Shown here piece after piece: positions 26,611-36,014 of a stretch of 64,000 nucleotides of DNA. Positions within the stretch are counted from its first letter, which is position 1, and every line of letters begins with the position of its first letter. The stretch is from contig JAAOMT010000181.1 in NCBI GenBank assembly GCA_016748015.1, forward strand, positions 100,481 to 164,480. Reading direction: 5' to 3'. Both the position numbers and the translations under genes were made by a program. The notes under the pieces are model-generated. The model did no database searches, had not been told where the DNA came from, and was given only the letters and a program-made list of their open reading frames with translations. Origin of the DNA: Geosiphon pyriformis uo1. Lineage: Eukaryota > Fungi > Glomeromycota.

Positions 26611-27626
26611 TGTTACCAGAGGTTTTTGGTCTCTTTTTTTAAATGTTGGTAATGTTGATTTGCTGTGAATTCACGTTTTCAGAAAGTAATTGAACCTCCA
26701 ATAACTGAATTTATCTTCAAATTATCTCCTATAATTTGAACTGCTGGGCTTATAAGTGGAATGGCCAATTTTTTGCCAGTTACTTTATGTAGTTACATTG
26801 TAATAAATGTCAACTCTTTTGCAGGAATTGCTCGTCTGAAAGTTCACTAAAAATGTGTAATTACTTTGCTGTAAAAGTCAACTTTTCTACAGGAATCTTG
26901 TCTGTAGGCTACCCTAGTGATTATAGTAAGAAAAAATAAAAAAAAATAAAAAAAATGTAAAAGAAATAGAATTTTGTCAAAAGAAACGTTTTCTATCCAG
27001 GCCTGGAGTCACTAACAGTTTATTGAAATTGGTAGCTAATCAATTTCGAAATGTTAGTTGGGTTTTGGGGATTTTCCAAGTACAATAATTAAAGAATTTG
27101 GTTTTTTGAATTATTTGATATTTATTTCTTTTTGTGTGTATAGGAACAGTTTTAAAAGATAAATCTAAAGTAAGATACATTTTCCAGAAGAGAAAAGCTC
27201 TTCTTTTATACAACTTGTTGTAGTACTAGTTTATGAACTTGCACTTTTTTTTCTCTTTGCCCAAATTCCGGCAAACTAAAGATACATTTTGATGAACTAC
27301 AAGTTATTTTGCTGAACTATTGATTAATTTGGGTGAACTATTCATAATTTCGGCAAATTTCTGTAAATTTCGGCAAATTTCTTATAAATTTCGGCGAATT
27401 TCTGTAAATTTCAGTGAATTTTTGAATGTTACAAAGTTCAGGGTATTGTGTAATTTGATCATCTTACTTTCTGTTATACTAATTAGATTATTTTAATTGA
27501 ATTGTGATATGTGATAATTGATTAAATAATAAATGATAATTTGAAATGATATTAATATACTAATGAATTATAGGAATTATAAGAGTAATTTCATGCTAAT
27601 CAATAGCTAAAATTTTACTGGTAACA
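26611..27626 (-). repeat. Gypsy B 3' LTR (1016 bp)
   Basis: Direct repeat of 35036-36010. PPT GAGGAGGAGATTA at 27627-27639. Confidence 0.95.
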
Positions 27627-28120
27627 TAATCTCCTCCTCAAGACTGAGCTCCGTCGAAGTCCAAGCACTATCTGTAATATTGAGATAGTGATCTAAAATG
27701 ATTGAAGTAATCTGGTTTGAAAATTGTTGAAATTTCAGTTCTGTGAATTTGCCAATGTATTGAACTTTCATTAATTGCAGTATTGGATTTTGTAGAACAT
27801 TTTCACAAGTATTAAACAAATCATAGAGTCTAAAAGCTGCTCTAAGTTTGTAGCAAGTGTTTATTGGTCCAGCTGCTGTTTTGAATTCATTGTAGATTTG
27901 TTTTTGTATAACTTCAGAAGTGAGATTTGTTGCTTCAAGTTTCAGTTTTCGTTCATAAAGTGTTTTTCCAATTTGAAAGTATTTATAGATAGGGGTGTGT
28001 TCATTGTTCTGTTCATTAAGAAGTAGTAGTAGTTTTTGTTGTATTGTAGCATTTGGTGGAATGTCAATAGGGGCAATTAGCAGATTTTCTTCTAGTGCCT
28101 GCTTCAAAAGTCTTGGTAAT
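27607..28120 (-). CDS. Gypsy B ORF3 (uncharacterised; N-terminus lost in the N gap; reads through the PPT and stops inside the LTR)
   Basis: Open 166+ codons (ORF track 27607-28107). Homologs in D1 (9830-10480) and A (20810-21445). Confidence 0.75.
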
Positions 28121-28289
28121 NNNNNNNNNNNNNNNNNNNNNNNNATAATAAAATTGACTAATTATGAAAAGAGAGAATAAAGAAAATTATTTTTTGAATA
28201 TGGAGTTTTTATTTGTTTTTGGGTTTGGGTGTTTTGTAATTATTTACTATTTTTGTCTTTGTGTTTTTAGTAGAGAATTATTGTAAAAT

Positions 28290-29675
28290 TTAAGTGTTCA
28301 AGTTTGGTTGTTGTTCTATTATAATTATTGGTTCTAAATTTCAGGGAATATCTTCAGGATTAATTAAAGAGGAATGTGTACCAATTTGTAGAATTAATGG
28401 TTCAGGATTGTTTCTGGAATGATAGTGTTTCAGTCTGTCTCCATGTGCAACTTTTGCTAATATTTTGTTATCAAGTCTTAACTTATATGATCCATTGCCT
28501 AGAATTTCGTGAATATAAAATGGTCCATCCCATTTGTTTTCAAATTTCCCACTCCATTGTTTTTCAGCCTTAGTTCTGTATAAGAGAACTTTATTTCCAA
28601 CTTTAAATTCGTTGATAATAGATGGTAATTTGTTGTCATGTCTTTCTTTTTGTTGAGCTTGGGAATGTTTAATATGAGCTGCTGTTATTCTTCTTTTTCC
28701 TTCCAGTGTACTAAGAAGAGTGTAGGCTCTTTTTTGGAGTGTCTCTTGAAAGTTTTCTTCATTGATTGGTTGCACTGGGTATGTTTCCACTGTGAAATTA
28801 ATTGGTAATATTGCTGTCCTTCCATAAGTAAGATCAAATGGTGTGTGTTTCGTAGTATCTTGTTTTAGTGTTCTGTATGCTAGTAATACTGATGGAATAA
28901 AGATATCCCATTCCTGTTCAAAGTCTGTTGAGACTTTGGCTAAAGATTCACACAATGTTCTGTTAAAACGTTCTACAAGTCCATTTGTTTGAAAGTGATA
29001 AGGTGATGATAAAGGTCTTTTGACATTGAACTGTTCACAAATTTTTTGTATCAAGTTGTTCACAAAATGTGTTCCTTGATCAGATAAGAGTTCAATTGGG
29101 CATCCATGTCTACAGATAATGTCTTTATAGATGAAATTTGCTACTGATTTTGCATCTGCTCTTTGGATGGCTCTAGCTTCAGGCCATTTGGTAAGATAAT
29201 CCACTGCAACTGCAATATAACGATTTCCTTGGGTTGTGATAGGTAATGGTCCGACTAAATCAATTCCAACTCTGTCAAAAGGTTGTCCAACTTTGATTGG
29301 ATTTAAAGGTTCTGTGGGGTGAGTTCCTCCTCTTCTCTGGCAGTTATCACAAGATTCTACATATTGTCGAATGTCTTTTTGCATGTAAGGCCAAAAATAA
29401 TGTTCAAGGGTTCTTTGAATTGTTCCCTCTTTTCCCAAGTGTGCTAAAGACAGATCTGTGTGCATGTTGTATAAAATTGTTTCTTTTTCATTCTTTTGTA
29501 CTAATCTGAGTGGCTGGTTTGGTTTTCTGTGATTTTTATAATAAATTTTGTTCTGGTGTATGAAATATTGTTTTGATTGGTGTTGTAAGTGGTGTTTTTC
29601 ACTTGGAGACCAGTTTTCTGGTATGATAAGAGTCTCCAAATAATTTTTAAGATTGCTGTAGTTTCTGGGATCTAT
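28290..29675 (-). pseudogene. Gypsy B integrase (HHCC, DDE, GPF), separate ORF, nearly intact
   Basis: 432-aa ORF 28341-29639: H..AH..C..C, IDLVGP, SDQGTHF, GLVERFNRTL, KWDGPF. The TGA at 28341 is probably an ex-CGA, since the frame continues NLEPIIIIEQQPNLNT*. The start appears decayed to ATA at 29675. Confidence 0.93.
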
Positions 29676-29732
29676 TCTTGTTTGGTTATTTTGTTGGTAA
29701 GTTGGTAAGTTGTGGTGGAATTGTTGTTGGTA

Positions 29733-30985
29733 TTAATCTTGTCTTATTCTTGAGAGGCTATCAACATTGATATGTAGTTTTCTTGGTTTGTGGTGTACAA
29801 TATATCTGTAGTCTGCTAGAAAGTCATTCCATCGAGACTGTTTGGCACTTTGTTCAGTTTTCTTTTTATTGAGCCATTTGAGACCAATGTTGTCCGTTAT
29901 TATGTCAAATTTTTTTCCATTTTTCAGATATTGTTGAAAATGTTTAAAAGCCCAAATAACTGCAGCAGCTTCTAATTTAGTTGAGCCATATTTGAGTTCT
30001 GTTGGCTTGAGTGTTCTGCTGGCATAGGCAATAACTTGTTCTTGGCCATTTTTATCCAATTGTGATAAAATGGCACCAAATGCTATGTGTGAGGCATCAG
30101 TAGCTAATTGGAATCGTTTGTTGAAGTCTGAGTAAACAAGAACTGGGACTGTTGTCAATTTTGTTTTGAGAATTTCAAAAGCTTTTTGTTGTTCTTCAGT
30201 CCATTTGTATGGTATGTTTTTGTTGGTAAGATAATTGAGTGGTTTGGCAATTTCTGAGAATCTTTTTATGAATTTTCGATAGTAAGAGGCTAATCTCACA
30301 AATCCTCTTAGTTCTGTAGTATTTCTGGGGGTTTGAAAGTTTTTAACAGCATTGATTGTTCTTGGATTTGGTTTGATTCCATCTTTACTAACTATGTGTC
30401 CAAGAAAGATCAAACTTGTTTTTCCAAAGTAACATTTCTCAATATTTAACTTTAATCCTGCTTTCTGTAATTGTTGAAAAACTTCTCACAGGTAAATGAG
30501 ATGGGCTTCGAAGCTTGGTGAGTATACATCAGTATCATCAAGATAAACAACTACTGATTACCACAAGAGCCCTTCATAGACAACATCCATGAGCTGCTGA
30601 AATGTTGCTGGTGCATTGCAGAGTCCAAAAGGCATAACATTAAACTCATAATTTCCTTCTTGAGTGGTGAATGCTGTTTTGGGTCTATCTTTTGGGTCCA
30701 TTTTGACTTGTCAGTATCCACTTTCCAGGTCTAAAGTTGAAAAGAACTTGGCTTTTCCCAGAGCATCTAGCATGTCATCAATTCTTGGAAGAGGGTAGGC
30801 ATCTCCAATTGTAACACTATTCAGTTGTCTATAATCAACACAGAATCTAATTTTTCCGTTTTTCTTTTTAACCAAAACTACTGGTAAGACCCAAGGACTT
30901 CTTGATGGTTGAATCAATCCGTTATTGAGCATTCTTTGGACCTCTTCTCTGATAAATTGGTGGCTGGCAGGTGGCACTCGATAAG
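29733..30985 (-). pseudogene. Gypsy B reverse transcriptase + RNase H
   Basis: [71 protein letters not shown]. Ends LSRIRQD*. Confidence 0.95.
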
Positions 30986-31199
30986 NNNNNNNNNNNNNNN
31001 NNNNNNNNNNNNNNNNNNNNNNNNNNNNNNNNNNNNNNNNNNNNNNNNNNNNNNNNNNNNNNNNNNNNNNNNNNNNNNNNNNNNNNNNNNNNNNNNNNNN
31101 NNNNNNNNNNNNNNNNNNNNNNNNNNNNNNNNNNNNNNNNNNNNNNNNNNNNNNNNNNNNNNNNNNNNNNNNNNNNNNGTATTAAGAACTATGTTTACT

Positions 31200-31640
31200 G
31201 GAACTGTAAATTGTCCAGTTGAACCAAAACCTTGAGTTCCTTTTTCACTTTTTCCCAATTGTTCTCTGTTGTTTACTGATTGTAAACCCGAAATGTTGAT
31301 TAAGGGTAAGTAAATTGCTTGAGCAATTTTTTTAGCATGTTCAATTTTGAATGGTTTGTTTGTCTCATTCTATAACATGATGGTAATGTCTCCAGTGTAT
31401 CCTGCATCTATAATTCCTCCTCTAATATTGATTTCTTTGCTTGCCAATGATGATCTGGAGGCAATTTGAACCATTGCTCCTGGTGGAATTTCAAGAGCAA
31501 TTTTTAGATTGATTTTTGTCAAAGACTTTGGTTGGAGAATCAAAGTATCTTTTCTTGGGTATCTCAAGTCATATCCAGCATCAATTTTGTGTGCTTTTTC
31601 TGGTCTGATTCCTTGGCCATGGTTGTCAAAATATTTAAAT
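31200..31640 (-). pseudogene. Gypsy B dUTPase domain
   Basis: DAGYDL, IASRSSLA, GGIIDAGYTGDI, KIAQAI, KGTQGFGSTG. Confidence 0.92.
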
Positions 31641-31749
31641 TGTAGAGGTGGTTGCTTTTCAAGAAGATAGATGGGAGTGGTTAGTAATTCTTCTACTTGT
31701 TCAGATACTCCAAATTCGATTTCATTTTCATCATTCTCATCTGACAGAG

Positions 31750-32380
31750 GAATGCTAAGAGCATAACATTCTAAACACCATTGGTCATCACAAGGCATAA
31801 CACATTCTTCACACAATTGAATGTTCATTTGCTCTAATCGTTGAATTTAAGCTTCTTTGGTTGGATATGTGTGGCTTGCAATTTGGTGGTAGGTTTCTAC
31901 TTTATTTTCATAATCAAATCCAGCTAATTCCATGGTGTACTCAATATATTCAGCTTTTTTCATTTGGCAGACATCTTCTTGAGTGGCTCTATTGATTAAT
32001 GCCATTGCTAGATCAAAAATCATTTCAGCATCATGAGGGTAGTGGTAAAGTTTATTGAGAGCACTGTTGTATGCTGCATCAAATGGTGTCTCTTTTCTGA
32101 CTTTTTCCGAAATTGATAAAGCATATTGACAAGTTTGATCACATACTCCTCTTCTCATTGCTACATCAATCCAATTGCATTCTTCTGGTAGTATTTCTCC
32201 ACATGTAAGGCAAGGTGTGTTGTCTTATTTTCCACTTCTTTTTGGAGATCCAAATCGTTTTTTATGGCATGCTTTGCAAAAGTAACAGGTACGAGTTTCA
32301 TATTCCTCTTCTGAAAAAATACATGCTCTCATTAATGAAAGTTTTTTGCTGCAATCTTTGCATTTGAGTGGAATATAGGG
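31750..32380 (-). other. Cys-rich putative zinc-binding region between protease and dUTPase (also in A ~25430-26070)
   Basis: CKDC..CKAC, CLTC..CDQTC, CEEC..PC...CLEC, with equivalents in A (CVDC, CQAC, CLAC, CNEIC, CDH(Y), CNEC). Confidence 0.7.
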
Positions 32381-32599
32381 TGGTTGTTTCTGTGATTCTG
32401 GTGTAGAATATCTAACTTTCTTCCATCCCCTTAATTCTTTGAAAATCTCTTGTTCGGTTTCTTCAGCCCAATTGAATGTTGATCCAAGAGCCATGTAGGT
32501 TTCAGTAAGTAGCATTTCTTTCTCCTCTTCAAATTCAAATACTGGAGCTTTTTCTGATCGTTTGTTAAAGGTACCACAGATTGCAGGTACTATGGTATA

Positions 32600-32940
32600 T
32601 TGTTCTTGGTATGAGATTTTAAGTTCTTGAGTTTCTCAGTTCAGGTTTGCATTGGTCTTGAAAAGCCAATCATTTCCGACTAGAGCTTGATATTGGGGTG
32701 CATCCATAACAAGAACTTTAACTAGAATGGTGATTCCATCAATTGAAAAAGAGAAATCATCAATTTCTCCTACTGGAGTCTTCTTCATACCATCAGCTGT
32801 GACAATAACTGTTTGAGCTGGTCTGTCTATGTTTTGTTTGAGTTGTTGCATCAGCTGGTAAGTGATGATACTTCCAGCTGATCCACTATTTAAGATTAAG
32901 CAAATGGATTTTCCTTCCACTGTAGCTTCTGTGTACATGG
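32600..32940 (-). pseudogene. Gypsy B aspartic protease
   Basis: LIL(N<D)SGSAGSII ... ALVGNDWL retropepsin motifs; the catalytic D is decayed by G>A. Confidence 0.88.
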
Positions 32941-35035
32941 CAGTAATTGCTTTCTGTTTATTGACTGCTGCATTACTAAGCAGAAATGGTGATTCATTTG
33001 CCTCAAATTCAAATGGAAATATATCTGACAGATTAGCATTTTGGGCAATTTGAGCTGGGGGAATGGTGTGGTTGGAAAAGTTTGATCTTGGTGCTGCAAT
33101 TTCACTTTCAGAAAGTGTAGTTTGTTGAAAATCTGATTCCTCTGGTATTGTAAGATAACTGGGTTGAATGTGATAGTGATTGGGTCTTTGCTGGCCTGAA
33201 TTTCAGGGAACCAACTGGTTATTTAGATTGATTCTGTTGTGGTTATTCTGCAATTGATTTTGGGGTGTGGATTGGTTATATTGAACTAATCTTCTTGCTG
33301 GTACTTGATATTATTGAGTGGGTGGTGTCTGATATGGCTGAATTGGTAAAGATTGCTGATATTGTTGCTGCATTGATTGTGAAGCTGGTGGATAGTAACT
33401 GTTTTGATTTTGTGGCCTTGGTGAATAATAAGTTGGTGGTGGAGATTGGTAATAGGATTGTTGTGGTAAAGAGTAACGTTGATTACTCCTGTTTTGTTGG
33501 TCTCTTTGTAATTTCCTACAATCTCATTTCCAGTGTCCTGGAATTCCACAATAATGACAATTTTGAGATTGGTTATTGGATGATAATCCAAAATTGTTTT
33601 GGTTGTGTCATTGTGAGGGTTGATATCTTTGTGGTTGTTGTGGCTGTTGTTGTTGGTTTGTGAAGTAGCTTTCAATTTTTTTTGTGAGTTGGTTTATCTT
33701 TTTTTCAGCTGCTGAGCTGGTTTCTCCAATTGCAAGATTTACAAGCTTGGTGTGATTTGCTTCTTTCATTGCCATTTCATAGCTTTTTGCCTGTCTAATA
33801 GCAGTTGCTAAGTCTGCTGAAGCATGTGGATGGACTTTCTTAATCAGTTTGTCTTTTAACCCTACTATAAACTGATCCAGAATTTGAGCATCAGAATAAT
33901 AGTCATTGGTTTCTAATTGTCAGATTCGTCTGAGAAGTTTGTTAAATCTTCCAAGATAGGTCATAACAGATTCAGATGTTTCTTGTTTGATATTGCGAAA
34001 GTGGTTTCTGAGAGTGATAGAGGTATTGTTGTCGGTGAATTGTTGTAAGAAAGCATTTTTGAATGCTTGCCAGTTTTCAAATAGTTTTTCTAAATTTTCA
34101 AACCATTCTCTTGCTGTTTCTTGGAGAAAGTAGGGAATTGCTTTGAGCATTCTTGCTGCAATCCAACCATTTGCATCTCCTGCTTTTTGAACTTTGTCAA
34201 GCCATTCTTGGGGACTGGTATCATTGTCTTCACCAGTGAATTCTGGGATTTTTGCAATGTAAGCAGTTGCCATTTCTTCTTTGTTTTTTGGAATTTTTTC
34301 TGGTTCTGATTCAGTTTCCTTACTTTCCAAGCTTTCTGAGTGATTACTTTCGTTTTCTTGTAAGTAATCAATGATATTGGCACTTGTTGATATTGGTTCC
34401 TGCTGTTGAGTAGAATTTCTAGGTGACTGAAAATCTTCTGGTCTAAAGAAACAGCTAAGTGGTGAACTTAATGTTTGTGGTTGAACAAGTGAAATTGGAA
34501 ATGGTGTAATAGAAAGTGGTAATTTGACACTGGTTCCTTGTTCAGGTGTTTGCAAGTGTTTGGCAGTTGTCTTTTGTAGTGTTGGAGTGTTTGGAGTGGT
34601 TCTTGAGTATTGCTTCAATCTTTGTTTGCCTTTATTGCTTGTTTCTGTCTCTGATTCAAAATCAAAAGAGTATTTAGACTGTACTGGGTATTTTTCTTCA
34701 CAATACTTAATAATATTAAAATTAAGTTCTTGGAAGTAGGTAGCAAGTGTTTCACTGTTCAGGTCTTCTGTTCCCAAATGTGAATAATGCACTAGATTAT
34801 TGTAGAGGTTGCTTTTAACTTCTGAAATGTTGTAGTTTCCAAAAAGATAATTGTTGATGCAGTTTTCAATATATTGGTATATTGATTTCTTTACAATTTC
34901 AATTCCGTCTGGAATGTTGAATCTTTGCTTGCAGTGGGTGTAAATTAACTGGTAATACTCTAGAGTTGCTGTGTCTGGTGTGGTCGCCACTTTGAATTTA
35001 TTGTTGCTGTGTTATTTCTGTGGAAGAGCACCAAA
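32941..35035 (-). pseudogene. Gypsy B gag (capsid + CCHC), same frame as pol
   Basis: IPEFTGED..PQEWL, LQETAREWF, IKQ..SESVMTY..F, ILDQFI.GL, and the knuckle CHYCGIPGHW..DC at ~33515-33560. Confidence 0.88.
35014..35033 (-). promoter_or_regulatory. Primer-binding site of Gypsy B
   Basis: TGGTGCTCTTCCACAGAAAT begins 2 nt after the 5' LTR. tRNA identity not determined. Confidence 0.75.
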
Positions 35036-36010
35036 TGTTACCAGAGGTTTTTAATCTCTTTTCTTAAATGTTGGTAATATTGATTTGCTGTGAATTCACG
35101 TTTTCAGGAAGTAGTTAAACCTCCAATAACTGAATTTATCTTCAAATTATCTCTTATAATTTGAACTGCTGGGCTTATAAGTGGAATGGCCAATTCCTTG
35201 CCAGTTACTTTATGTAGTTACATTGTAGTAAACATCAACTCTTTCCCAGGAATTGCTCGTCTAGAAGCTCACTAAAAATGTGTAGTTACTTTGCTGTAAA
35301 AGTCAACTCTTCTACAGGAATCTTGTCTGTAGGCTACCTTAGTGATTATAGTAAGAAAAAATAAAAGAAAATAAAAGAAATGTAAAAGAAATAGAATTTT
35401 GTCAAGAGAAACGTTTTCTATCCAGGCCTGGAGTCACTAACAGTTTACTGAAATTGGTAGCTAATCAATTTCGAAATGTTAGTTGGGTTTTGGAGATTTT
35501 CCAAGTACAATAATTAAAGAATTTGGTTTTTTGAATTATTTGATATTTATTTTTTTTTGTGTGTATAAGAACAGTTTTAAGAGATAAATCTAAAGTAAGA
35601 TACATTTTCCAGAAGAAAAAAGCTCTTCTTTTATACAACTTGTTGTAGTACTAGTTTATGAACTTGCACTTTTTTTTCTCTTTGCCCAAATTCTGGCAAA
35701 CTAAAGATACATTTTGATGAACTACAAGTTATTTCGCTGAACTATTAATTAATTTGGGTAAACTATTCATAAATTTGGCGAATTTCTGTAAATTTCAACA
35801 AATTTTTGAATGTTACAAAGTTCAAGGTATTGTGTAATTTGATCATCTTACTTTCTGTTATACTAATTAGATTATTTTAATTGAATCGTAATATGTGATA
35901 ATTGATTAAATAATAAATGATAATTTGAAATGATATTAATATACTAATGAATTATAAGAATTATAAGGGTAATTTCATGCTAATTAATAGCTAAAATTCT
36001 ACTGGTAACA
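35036..36010 (-). repeat. Gypsy B 5' LTR (975 bp)
   Basis: Direct repeat of 26611-27626, with two fewer ~20-bp internal repeats. Confidence 0.95.
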
Positions 36011-36014
36011 TCGC

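Larger units (their letters stand above)
26611..36010 (-). mobile_element. Ty3/Gypsy LTR retrotransposon B, full length (9.4 kb incl. two N gaps), inserted in the protease of A
   Basis: LTRs 26611-27626 and 35036-36010 (9-bp TIR TGTTACCAG/CTGGTAACA), TSD TCAC/TCGC, PBS, PPT. The protease of A resumes across it (KT.IG|EIDDFPFEV). Confidence 0.96.

Noticed and set aside
27607-28120. ORF3 as retroviral env
   Set aside because: Too short, with no evident signal peptide, furin site or transmembrane anchor in A or in the visible part of B.
30986-31178. Shorter dUTPase-RT spacer in Gypsy B
   Set aside because: It falls in an N gap; D1 and A have about 0.5 kb here, so the gap size is probably underestimated.
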